Origin: Massalongia carnosa
Lineage: Eukaryota
Length of the DNA: 64,000 nt
Assembly: GCA_965645245.1 (NCBI GenBank)
Contig: OZ287080.1
Span: forward strand, 1,116,001-1,180,000
Direction: 5' to 3'
Shown: in pieces, positions 11,373-22,943 of the stretch
Numbering within the stretch: position 1 is the first letter of the stretch
Layout: each line of letters starts with the position of its first letter
Notes under the pieces: model-generated
What the model saw: the letters and a program-made list of their open reading frames with translations, nothing else
Told to the model about the DNA's origin: nothing
Databases searched by the model: none
Translations under genes and position numbers: made by a program

Positions 11373-13514
11373 CCCTTCGTCTGGCAATTTGGCAGCCTCC
11401 TTAAATAGGCTTAGTGAGATACCGTCGGGCTGAGTCGCGAACTTCAAAACATTCTCCCCTTTTTTTGTAAATAAGAAGGTAAACATCAGTTGAAAATCAT
11501 TAAAACATCTACAATTTCTTTAGAATAATCATGAGAGGCATTAAGATAGAAGTTCCTGACCAATCAGACGCTTTGCCCCCCTCAATTCTGAAAGAACAGG
11601 CCAAAAAGAATAAACCCAGCGTACAAAGCATAATTGACTCCATGCCCCCTCCGTCATCAAATTATTGTCCAATTTCGATCCCATTTCGAAAACCACAGCC
11701 GGACGAGACGTTGCGCTTGATAAATCAGACTCCTTTCAGTTTAGTCTGCCTCTTCTTTAGCTTTGAAATGCTTGAAATCATAGCTAAAAACACCAATCTT
11801 AAAGCGAAAAAGAAGTATGCCCTAAACGACATCAAGAGACGTCAATGGCATGACACCTCTTCTTCTGAAGTAGGAGCTTTTCTGGGAATTCTGTTATATA
11901 TGGGGTATACACTGATGCCACGTCTTACTGACTATTGGAACACGTCTCCTAAATTTGCCATACATGACATGGTGATTCAAGCCATGAGTCTTCGAAGATG
12001 GGAGCAACTCAAGCGATTTTTGAAGATATCCAACCCCGACGAAGATGAGATCATTGATACTCGAGGCCCTGATTGGTGGAAAAAGCTGGAACCATTGGCC
12101 ACAGACTTTCGAAAAGCATCAAAGAAATACTGGATTCCTGGAAGTCATGTGTCAGTTGACGAGCAATTGATTTTATTCAGGGGTAGGAGCTGCCATACTA
12201 TGCAAATAGCCACCAAGGCGGCTGGTGTAGGCTTCAAAATCTATAGTTTATGTCAGGAAAATTATCTTTTTGACTTCTTATTTACCTCCAAGGTGAGTAG
12301 AAAAGGCCTCAATTTGCATCGTACTAATTGCAAGACAGGTGTCCAAAATTAGTGAGTTAAAAACGCCTGGACAATTGAAATTTCCGACAACCAAATGGGA
12401 TTTGTCTCCTTCCTCCCTAGTCGTCATTCAACTGGCTCGAAGTTTACCGTCTGATGAAGGCTTGAAATACGGCATCTTTCTGGACAACTTCTTCACAAAT
12501 ACGAAGCTATTCAAAGCTCTGAAAACCATTGGAATTGGTGCCTGTGGGACGGCTAAATCAGGATGCGGTTTTCCTGTTGATCTTCTACGTCTGAGGGTTG
12601 CAGCCACCAAGAATAAGGACTGGGGAAAGAAGGCATTGATGACGGTACCTGCAAATAAAAGTAAAAAATCAAACATTGATGACGGGGACATTCTGTGTAT
12701 GGCATGGGTGGATTTAAACACCGTGCAATTCATGACCACGGTTCATACAATTGAGGATTTGAAGACTTCTTTCTACAAGAATTCCCGTCGACGTCATGGA
12801 ATTCCTGCAAATTCCAGAGTCATCGTTGATGATGAAGAAGAAAAGCTTCCATTTCCCATGCCCATCGTGGAATATAACCAGCACATGGGCGGGTCAGATG
12901 GGAATGCTCAGCAAAGAGCATATTATTCACCTCAAAGATCTGATCGTCGCTACTGGTGGTCTATTTTCATCTTTCTTCTGGATGCAGCCGTTCTAAATGC
13001 CTTCAAATTGTGGAGAATTCTGTATCCGAATTCAACACTCAGCGATTTGGACTTTCAAAAAGAAATAGTAAATGCCCTACTATCCAATCAAGCCGGTGCC
13101 CTACGGAAACGTCCGACAGATGTCATAGTTACTACTAATCAAGACGTTAGTAAAGACGTCGAGTCAGCTTGCAAATGGGAGCATTTGAATAAGAAGGACT
13201 ATTGTTTGGCCTGCAAAAGGCAAGTGCCAAGACTCAAACGACGCCGACCACTTGCGGAAATTGATGAAAATTGCACCAAAAGACGACGTGCAAGTCAGAC
13301 CAGATGGCAATGTAAGAGCTGTGGACCATGTTGCAAAAAGGAGGCATGTTGGGAAATTTTACATATATCATGAGGGGTGATTGAGGTGTTGTACCCATTA
13401 TCGTTGAAAAGGGAAAATCTGATTGGCCAGATTAAAGTTATTAGTCATTACCCGGAGACGGCGCGTGTAAAATTGAATATTACCTAAATGGCTGCCAAAT
13501 TGCCAGACGAAGGG
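11373..13514 (+). mobile_element. piggyBac-like DNA transposon, copy 1
   Basis: 25-bp TIRs CCCTTCGTCTGGCAATTTGGCAGCC; piggyBac-type transposase; near-identical inverted copy at 28133-30274. Flanks are CTAT/ATAG, not TTAA. Confidence 0.93.
11531..13373 (+). CDS. piggyBac transposase, 598 aa after splicing (exons 11531-12292, 12339-13373)
   Basis: 46-bp GTGAGT...CTAAT...CAG intron joins the two ORFs in frame; SVDEQ, FLDNFF, YNQHMGGSD catalytic motifs; C-terminal Cys-rich domain. Confidence 0.92.
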
Positions 13515-14161
13515 ATAGACAGCACCTGGGTCGAGGCCTTAGCTAGCTCGGTGTTTCAAAGTGACTGGGCAGTAAGATTGCAAAGAGCAAGAAGGCAAAA
13601 AGAAAGATCAGGCTGAAAAGTAAAAGCGGCTGGCACGCGGCAGACCAATAGTAGCTGCTGCAGCTTCCTAACAGTACAAGGTTTGACCGCGTAGATAGAG
13701 CAAGCACATGCTTTAAAGTATTGCTACAAGAGAAAACGAAAGGATAAGAAACATTTCTTGAAGGTAAATCTAAAACATATGGAGGATGTTTATGAGGAGT
13801 AGAGGACGATTATTCAATGGTCAAAAGAATGAAACCATGAGAGGAAGATTGAAGTCTAATCCTAATCGACTCTAGCTACATATGCATGACACACGAGACC
13901 TAGTGTCCAACCCTAATCTAATCTAATGCCATTACCCCACGTTTCTTTGTCAGTCCGAAGTCGGATTCACTCCCATGCTCGACTTATTTTAAATAGCTTC
14001 AACTGGGAACACGAGAGAGGGGGAAACGTTAACAACAGATTCGGCTCAACGAGGAGATCACACCGAAATAAAAGCAGCTCTGCCGTTGCAAGCACCAACC
14101 GAGACGGCCTGAGACATCGACGAGAGCACCGGCCCAACTGGGCACAGCAGCGTGAGTCGCA

Positions 14162-16303
14162 ATGCCTATGTATGTATAATCTAGAACAGCCGCTCACAAT
14201 ATTTTAGCTAACAGCGTATTCGTTCAAGGCTCAAAGATCCCTCGACAAAGTACAAACCCTTCAAGCCACTTGACCTTCCAAACCGCCAATGGCCCTCGCA
14301 GACCATAGTCAAGCCGCCGCGCTGGTTGGCCACAGATCTACGCGACGGCAATCAGTCCTTGGTGGACCCTATGGTGCGTCTTGCCCTTCTTGTGAGATGA
14401 TGATATATGAAGAGCCTGTGCTGGTTTATGGCTATGCTGGCATACTGAGTCCACGGTATGTAGGACTCACATCAGAAATGGCGCTATTTCAAGATGCTGG
14501 TTGAGCTAGGCTACAAAGAGATTGAGGTCTCATTCCCATCGGCTTCAAATACTGACTATGGCTTTACGAGGCGCTTGGTGGAGACTCCAGGCACTGTGCC
14601 AGATGATGTGTGGCTTCAAGTCCTTTCGCCATGTCGACAAGATCTGATCCGAAGAACTGTTGATTCCTTAAAAGGGGCGAAAAAAGCTCTACTCCATCTT
14701 TACCTAGCTACGAGCGAATGCTTCCAGCGTATAGTGTTTGGCTTCACTCGGGAAGAGAGCATTGAACTAGCAGTCAACTGCACCAAATACGCTCGGTCAA
14801 TTACGAAAGATGACCCATCGCAGTCTGCAACGGAGTGGGCCTACGAGTTTTCCCCGGAAACCTTTTCAGATACCTCCCCTGAATTTGTGATTCGCATATG
14901 TGAGGCCGTAAAAGCTGCGTGGGAGCCATCAACCTCGAACCCACTCATATTCAATCTTCCAGCGACTGTCGAAATGTCCACCCCAAACATATACGCCGAT
15001 CAGATCGAGTATTTTTGCCGCAACATGACCGAGCGAGAGAAAATCTGTGTATCTTTGCACCCACATAACGATCGTGGGTGTGCCGTGGCAGCTGCCGAAC
15101 TCGCACAAATGGCCGGCGCCGACCGGGTCGAGGGAACTCTTTTCGGCAACGGCGAGCGAACCGGAAATGTCGATCTCGTTACCCTCGCCCTAAACCTATA
15201 CACCCAAGGCATCCATCCCAAAATTGACTTTTCCGACATCAACCCCGTTATCGATACCGTTGAGCAATGTACCAAGATCCCCGTCCATCCCCGCGCCCCA
15301 TACGGTGGTCAACTCGTCGTTTGCGCCTTCAGTGGTTCCCACCAAGACGCCATCAGAAAGGGGTTTCAGGCGCGGGAATCTGCTGGCGCCACCGACGCCG
15401 ATCGCTGGCAGCTACCCTACTTACCTTTAGACCCTCAGGACATCGGTCGTACTTACGAAGCCATCATCCGTGTAAATTCACAGAGCGGAAAGGGTGGTGT
15501 CGCCTGGATTATCCAGCGCTCCCTCAAACTTGACCTGCCGCGCGGCCTGCAAATCGCCTTCTCCAAAATCGTGAAGAAGCAAGCCGATACTTTAGGCCGA
15601 GAATTACTCCCGCGAGAAATTCAAACCTTATTCGAAGACGCTTATCACTTAAAAACCAACCCGCGCTTCATCCTCGTCGATTATGACATTACAATCGATC
15701 GCTCCGCTAGCCCGCTCCCGCTTGAAAAGGGTCGTGTGCAGAACACCCAGAATCTGAAGCGTAAGTTCGAAGGCGTCATCGCCATCGACGGTGAGGAGCA
15801 TCTAATCAAGGGGTTCGGCAACGGTCCCATCTCGTCCCTTGCAAATGCCCTGCATACCCTCGGCATTGACCTTGACGTTTCCGAGTATAAAGAACATGGC
15901 ATTGGCGGGACGCGCGATGTGAAAGCTGCTACATACATCGAGTGCACCGCTGCAGATAGCAGTCAACGGGTTTGGGGCGTGGGTATTAACGAGGATGTGG
16001 TCCAGGCCAGTTTGATTGCATTGCTATCGGCCGCTTCTTCAGTCAGTATCATCTTCCCTTCTATTCACTTTATGTATCTTCCACTCTTTTGTGTCAAAGT
16101 TAAAGCACGAAAACGACTCACCCACCCCGTTAAAACCCACACAGTTCATATCGAGCCGCCCCAACACGCCAATGCCTTTCCAGCCCAAACGCGTCGATAC
16201 CGCATCCTCAACTGATCTCGCAGCTTTCAACCTCAACGGCAGCCCCAAGCGCGAGCGGACGGAGGTGGTGGCAAGGTTGGAGGCTACGGTGAATGGAGCT
16301 TAG
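14162..16303 (+). CDS. LEU4: 2-isopropylmalate synthase (exons 14162-14169, 14229-14373, 14464-16041, 16145-16303)
   Basis: Spliced N-terminus [14 protein letters not shown]...[49 protein letters not shown] motifs. Confidence 0.96.
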
Positions 16304-19047
16304 CACGCTACTTAGGCTTGGGGCAAGGTTTTCTGGTAGAACTGATCGCTGATTATGTCTAGGGATGCTGGCGAGCATTTGGGTGGTGCCAGGGGGCGGG
16401 AGTTTTATAAGAATGTTTGACGGTTTAGCGCTAGGTGGATAAAAGTTGGAAGTTTGGGTTGAAAGGCGGAGTTCTTGACCTGAGGGGAAAGGGTTGGAAA
16501 AGTTGTATGAGTAGATTCACTCTATCTCTTCCTCTCTCGTTTCCTTACCTGTGCTATGCGGATATCCTGCAATGCTGCGCCAATCCCCGAGCTGGCATAT
16601 TCACCCCCTCCCCCTCCCTTGCTCTTCAGACAGGTCCCCTTTTATAAGCCCAGGAACATACATCATTCATGCTTGCTTACTCCCTTTGCTTGACTACTTT
16701 TCCTCCTTTCTCTCTTCTAGTTAATCACGCCCTACTCACTCACCTTCACGCCGACTCTCATACAGCTTTTAAAATATACTGCTCTACTCCACTCTCTCTC
16801 TAACTAACCTACCCCTCTTCCTGGCCCTTCTTACCCTTAATATCTGAGCCCCCGAAATCAAGTCTTCTACTACCCCACCCCCCCGCTATTCTTCCTTCCA
16901 TATTGGTTGACGGAAAGGTAGTGGTAAATCAAAATTTGCGTACCCGGAGGGGTTTGGTTAGGCCGAGTGAATGATTGCTGTTTGGTGCGGATGGGATGGG
17001 TTGGGTGGATGGATGTGTAGATATGTATGTAGGTACCTTGTTGCTTGTGGATATGGGTTTGATAGGCCCCTCGGATCATGCATTGATTTGGGGGGCTTTG
17101 GATGAATGGAGGCAGACCGGGAGGAAGCGTGGATCTGGAGGGTTCGTTGGTTGTAGGGATCTATTAGAACGGTGAGAATTGGATTTAGGGGGCCCCTGGG
17201 GGGGGGGTTGCGGGGTGGGGAAGGAAGGGGAGAGAATTGAGGGAAGAATATTTTAGTTGGGACGAGTTAGAGGGAGAAGGGGTTGAAAAGGAGAGGGGGG
17301 GGTGGTGAGAGGATTGAAGGGTTGGGAGATGATGGGTTGTTGGTATGTATGTAGTGGGGACACAGTTCTGAGGCTAGTGGGGTGGGATGGACACTTTTCT
17401 TGGAATGTATGAATTCCAAATGTTGATAAGCGGGGGATAGATAATGAAAGAAGTAGAAGCGAAGCAGCTGGAAAGTAAAAAGAATCTCGTGAAACGCTTG
17501 GTCTTTGATTTCTCATATCATCCGCCAGGCCTATATTCTTCCCTTATGGAGCAGACTTTGAAAAGCACAACAGACTTACAGTGTCTGTTAGCCAAAACCG
17601 GGCATTGGAAAAGGATAAAGCACCAGGATGAATATCTAGCTGTTCGGAGTTATTCCCCAGAATTAAGCCTGATAAAATAGCTGGAGAAATAATATCATAA
17701 TCATGTAGTCTCAGCATTGGCCTTCTGAATAAAGGATGAAATAGTGCGATGACAGTTCAGCAGGCTTGGACCGAGCACCTTTTAATGAATGACTACGCTT
17801 ATCTGAAGCCGTGTTGGCGAGGCCTGCATCCTTTTTAACCGGGCTACAGTTCATAAGGTGAAGCATTCTAGCTAGCCAGAGTAAGGAATATATCGAAAGG
17901 TATTACGTTAAAGGCTAGTTGATTCTTCTCCGCTTGTCGCTGCATTTCTCATATGAAGGATCCAGCCTCTATACTGTTAACTCAGTGTTTACAAGGTGAT
18001 TTTTTGGGGTCTTCCAGTGCATCATATCCAAATAGTCACATAATGATTATAGTCAATATTCATAGCCACCAAATATAATCTCTGCGGCTAAAATAAGGAA
18101 TGATGCCAAATATTCTTTCAAAGCCAAGCGGCGGGTGTCTCTTTGCTTTATATGAACGTAACGAAATGGAGCTTCGTTGAAACCTCTCTATGGTAGAAGA
18201 CGATATTATATCACTTACCTAGCTGATGTGGTTTCTTCTAGCCATGGAGAATGCAATATAAAATCTCCTCTCATAATACCAACATGCAGAATTCACCGAA
18301 GCTGCATTGTAAAGAAATCAAGCACGATGTATTGCATACAGGCTCTATTCTAGGTTTTCTATGCCACTTGAAGCATTGATACTCCTTGGAGAGCGGTGGA
18401 TTTCCACTAGCTGGGTTAATATTTGGAGCCTGAGGATACGCGTAACTTCAGCAATTCCTTCTGACGGCTAGCCCCTATTTCCAACAGCACCTCGCTAGTT
18501 TGATACTATCCACTGGTTGGGGGGAAAACGGAAAGGTATCATTGCCCGTAATCATCCGTGGTAGAAATCCTAGGCTGTTAACTTCAGGGCCTAGCCAAAA
18601 CAAGGCTATGAGGGAATGGAGAGGAGGTAAATGAAACCGTAACAGTATCTGTATGAGTTTTGCCAACAAAGATAGAAACTGCAAATGGACAGAAGAGTGG
18701 ATAGATATATCGTACCCACCTCAAGAAATAGGTAAATGATATGGCTAAAAGGTTTATGGATCGCAATTGTCGCTCTTTTCGCGTTTCTCACACGCTATTC
18801 ATCCTTTAAGGTCAACACTACCTATTCGTGCCAGTTGTGCTAGGTCCAGGAGTTTAGAGTGACATTAAGTGTCTAGAGTAAGCGCGAAGTTTGCCTCAGT
18901 ACCTCAGACCTGCCTTGCCCTCGCCACTAGGGCTCTGAAAATTTCGAAATTTTGACAAGGTCGCACGAAAATTTCATCACGTGTGCGCGCCAAGCATGAA
19001 ATTTTCGAAATTTATTACTAAGCACATATACATATCTTGTAGATAGA

Positions 19048-19729
19048 TTGCCTCAGTACCTCAGACGTGCCCGGCTAAGCCCCTTCGGGTTAGCCTTACA
19101 GAACGTTAAGCCCCTTCGGGTTAACAGGCTGACTACGCAGCACATCTGTAGCAAGTCTGAGCCCAAAACTCAAGATTACGGTCAGATATGGCTTAACGAT
19201 CATGACAAGAACGATTTCGACCTTATAGAACAACGTCACAACTTCATTGTTTTCATGTTTGTAACGTCGTCGTCGCTTGATATGATCATGATCAATGTAT
19301 TTTTGATTTTTTCGTTATAAATTTCAATCTTTATTTATGTTTATAACGTGCAGAGCAATTTTACATACATCTTGTTATTTTCGTTAAGTCGATTCTTGAT
19401 TTCTATGCGAAGTGCAATCAGATTGCCCCACATGAACTTTACAACGAACAGGAATTTCAGGAAACTTTCTATACAAATTCTACTTGAATTCTTTCGAAGA
19501 AATAGCCCGTGTCAAGCAAAAAAGCAAGACGTCAAAATGTCGAAAAATCGCTATAATACAGGCTTTATTACGAATATCTGACCGTAATATTTAGTTTTGC
19601 GCTCAGACGTGCTATCGCAGCCACGTTAGTCAGCTGGGACGCTAATCCGAAGGAGCTTAGCGAAATAGGCTAACCCGGAGGGGCTTAGACGGCTCCTAGA
19701 GCCCACGCACGTCTGAGGTACTGAGGCAA
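19048..19729. mobile_element. 682-bp non-autonomous MITE of the AcademH-like family, nested in the hAT
   Basis: 23-bp perfect TIRs TTGCCTCAGTACCTCAGACGTGC plus longer imperfect subterminal IRs; 8-bp TSD TAGATAGA (19040-19047, 19730-19737). Confidence 0.93.
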
Positions 19730-19798
19730 TAGATAGATCGATACCTCAATTTGATAGTCACTCTCATACATTTAAAGGTATCTTCCTATTTTATACTC

Positions 19799-21742
19799 AT
19801 GGCTCAACGCGGTGGAAGAAAGAAAAATTCTCTAATTGAGGAGAATTTCAAAGACGTGATCACCATGGGATCGAAAAAACCTCAGCATCAATGCATTCAT
19901 TGTGGTCATCAGACAACCAAGAATGCTGTAAGAGGACTATCACATTTAGATCAATGTGATGCCTACAAACAGAAGATAACAAAGAAGGAAGATGCCTCGT
20001 TCAGTTCTAGATCAATCCCACTGCCCATTACCACCATGATTCGTCCCCTTAGCCAGAGTCAAATTGCTCATGCTCATCGCGAGGCGGCGATGTCTGTTTA
20101 TATGACAAATCTTCCCTTCAACCACTTCGAGAATCCCTATGTTATTGCGGCATTTCAAGCTCTTTCTCCTGGATACAAGCCCCCTCATGCCAGACTGATG
20201 GCTGGACGATTGTTGGATGAAGCCTATGAGACAGTTAAATTCAAAATAAATCAAGAATTGAATGCTTGCAATCATCTCAGCTTTTTTACCGACGAGACAG
20301 CCAACATTCGAAAAGAGCGAGTAATAAATCTCTGCTGTCACGTTCCCACATCTGTCACTTCTAGTGGCGGAGGATTTCTGCTAAAAGCTGATGTCGGAGT
20401 GGCGGAAAAAATGACGGCAGTCGTACAAGCTGAATGGGTGATAAATGGATGTAGGGATGCTACCAACAATCAGCTTGAAAGGGTTAATTGTATCTGCACC
20501 GACACGTGCTCTACAATGAAAGCCATGTGGACGGAAATTTCGAAAAGTGCAGAGATGAAGCATGTTTTCTTCGTACCTTGCGATAGTCATGGTTTGCAGC
20601 TATTGTTAGGAGACATTTTGAAATTTCCTTATTTTACAGATGTTATAGAAAAGGCTCAGTTGATCGTCATCAGTTTTCGCGGATCAAATAAGGAATTAGC
20701 CAGTTTATGGAAATACCAAATGAAGGCATACAAACAGCGTCGTTCCTTGGTTCTCAACGTTCTCACCAGATGGGGTACGACGGTTGGTCTTTTAAATTCA
20801 GTACTGAATAATCAACAGGCCTTGTTGGATTATTTTCAGCAGAAGAATCCAGCCATAGATCAGGGAAGAAATAAACCTTTGGGAAGTTTCGTCAACGATT
20901 ATTCCTTTTGGAAGAAACTGACCATGGTCAAAAAGATACTGAATCCCATTCATAAACTTCAGTACATGTCCGAAGCCGAGGGATATAAGCTATACACCGT
21001 AACAAATAACTGGAATATCATTCGCTCTCATCTGTACTCGATGGCCGAAGAAGAAAGCGACAGTGAGGCGGATCTATATCACATTGCTCACGTCGTTTGG
21101 GAAGATAGATATCTCAGTCAAATAACAGAGCTTCATGTGGTTGCATCTCTTCTGCTTCCGCAAAATCGTACGATAAAGGTGGTCGGAGTTACTACAGAAC
21201 ATGCTTTTTCATCGATCATGCATAGATTCTTTGCTCGATATCTGAATGCTGAAGATAGCATCGTTGCCATGAGACAATGGCTTGCTTTTCGAGATCAGGA
21301 AGATGGATTTCATGCAAACTCAGAATGTTGGACTTATCAGATGACACCGGAGCTGTTTTGGAATTTTTGCAAGCATTTTGCATTGATTCTTAGCAAGCTG
21401 GCCAGAAAGGTAATGATGCTTCCTGGCAATTCAGTGCTGGCAGAAAGAAGTTGGTCGGTCATGAATTTGATCATGAACAAGACTCGAAATTCCATGGCAT
21501 CGATCAACGTGGATAAGCTGATGTTTATTTATCTGAATGAAAGAACTCTTAACCGACCGAAAGAAATCAAAAGGAAGCTACAATTCGCAGGCATTGACAT
21601 AGAAGAAGACGATCTATGTGAGATGGAAGACAGATTGTTGCAGGAAGAAATCTCTCTGCAAGAAACAGCGACAGTAAAATCGTTGAAACGACCAGCAAGT
21701 CAAGCGATAGAGGGAGATGCGGTCAGGCTCAGAGATACTTGA
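19799..21742 (+). CDS. hAT transposase (647 aa), intact ORF
   Basis: BED-like finger CIHC...HLDQC; TDETAN, CTDT, PCDSH, TRW and AERSWS motifs. Confidence 0.93.
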   Translation: MAQRGGRKKNSLIEENFKDVITMGSKKPQHQCIHCGHQTTKNAVRGLSHLDQCDAYKQKITKKEDASFSSRSIPLPITTMIRPLSQSQIAHAHREAAMSVYMTNLPFNHFENPYVIAAFQALSPGYKPPHARLMAGRLLDEAYETVKFKINQELNACNHLSFFTDETANIRKERVINLCCHVPTSVTSSGGGFLLKADVGVAEKMTAVVQAEWVINGCRDATNNQLERVNCICTDTCSTMKAMWTEISKSAEMKHVFFVPCDSHGLQLLLGDILKFPYFTDVIEKAQLIVISFRGSNKELASLWKYQMKAYKQRRSLVLNVLTRWGTTVGLLNSVLNNQQALLDYFQQKNPAIDQGRNKPLGSFVNDYSFWKKLTMVKKILNPIHKLQYMSEAEGYKLYTVTNNWNIIRSHLYSMAEEESDSEADLYHIAHVVWEDRYLSQITELHVVASLLLPQNRTIKVVGVTTEHAFSSIMHRFFARYLNAEDSIVAMRQWLAFRDQEDGFHANSECWTYQMTPELFWNFCKHFALILSKLARKVMMLPGNSVLAERSWSVMNLIMNKTRNSMASINVDKLMFIYLNERTLNRPKEIKRKLQFAGIDIEEDDLCEMEDRLLQEEISLQETATVKSLKRPASQAIEGDAVRLRDT

Positions 21743-22506
21743 GATTGTATGAAGATTAATAGCTAAATCAAGTATCTTCAAGTTGGCATGTCCTCGTTCC
21801 TATTTTCCGCTTTCCCCGCACCCCCCCCCCTGCCTACCCCCCCCCCTGCCTACCCCCCTGCAAAACATCCATGAAAATTTCACTCGTGAAAGTCGCAGTG
21901 AAACTTTCATCCCGATCGGGTTAGGCAAAATTTCATGAAAGTTTCATTTCAGAGCCCTACTCGCCACAGCTAAGCCTTTTCGGATTAGTATATAATTAGT
22001 CAGAAGCTAAGTCAATTTAGTTAAATGTTTAACTGTTTTAGGATAAGATTCTATTTAGCTTACTACGCATGCTTCGGGCGGCAGGTCAGGTTCTCGTTAT
22101 TTTGGTGACAACACACGTAAGTTTAGCGCTTAAGACTTAAAATCATCGTTTTTCACGTTTAAGACAAGATCAACGACAACGCATGAAAGTTGTATGTAAT
22201 ATAATACATTATTGTCGTCGCTACTTAAAGATATGCTTTATTAAATGATCTAAAATTTAAACATCCTGCGTGCGTTGCGCAGTTATCTTCATCATCGAGC
22301 AACATCGACTCAAACTGACTCTCAAATCTCGACGACAGCACAACAACTTCGAATTGAGTCTTGCTCTTCAATTCAACGATCGGCGCTCATATTCATCATA
22401 TTGCCTTGGCGGATCATGTTATCGTAGTTCTTCAGGACTTCAAACTCAAAAATATAGTCGTCGTCCTTGCTAGCGTGCTTTCTTGTTGTAGCGATATTAC
22501 ATCAAT

Positions 22507-22880
22507 ATGAGTGACGCGATACAGATGTTGACTTGTGAGAAGATCGAGAGCGTTGTTGATCAATATTTCGGATTTCGTCCAAAGAGGGAGCAGGTGGATG
22601 CGCTTCATCATCTGTTGTGTGATAGGATGGATTTGATCTTGATAGCAAAAACAGGTTTCGGAAAGAGCATACTGTTTCAAGCTGCTTCTTTGATGTTTTC
22701 GCGTTGCAAGTCAGTGTTGATAATCATGCCTTTGATTGCACTGGAAGAGGAGCAATGTGAAAAAACCCTCTTCAAACGCCTCGTCGACCTTCACCGGAGT
22801 TAACGTCTATCGCCTCAAAGGAGCTGCCCGATTCTCGCTAGGGGCGAAAAAGAAGGCGACCAGCTTACCTGGATGAGTGA
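22507..22880 (+). pseudogene. RecQ-like helicase remnant with a large internal deletion
   Basis: N-terminus FGFRPKREQV...AKTGFGKS...IMPLIALEEEQ is homologous to 58765 onward; fused near 22765 to a basic tail (GRKRRRPAYLDE*) resembling the end of the longer copy. Confidence 0.85.
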
Positions 22881-22943
22881 TGGCGGACAGCAAAGCCGCG
22901 CGGCGCGGATTTGCTCCTCCGGTGAGCGATGAATAGAACGGGT

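Larger units (their letters stand above)
18928..21959 (+). mobile_element. hAT DNA transposon nested in the AcademH-like element
   Basis: 13-bp TIRs TAGGGCTCTGAAA; 8-bp TSD CTCGCCAC (18920-18927, 21960-21967); hAT transposase ORF. Confidence 0.95.

Noticed and set aside
11364..13523. GACAGC as a 6-bp TSD of piggyBac copy 1
   Set aside because: Copy 2 has no matching duplication at the same boundary; probably a pre-existing local repeat.
11150..13900. Purine-rich coding-like sequence on both sides of piggyBac copy 1 (old transposase tail?)
   Set aside because: No termini or catalytic motifs identifiable.
17400..18800. Possible gene divergent from the thioesterase promoter
   Set aside because: Splice-like signals exist, but no consistent ORF or motif could be built.
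22815..22943. C-terminal extension of the 513-aa ORF beyond GGMFVD
   Set aside because: Read-through caused by CAA at the position of the stop in the other copy; it runs antisense over the hairpin and helicase tail.
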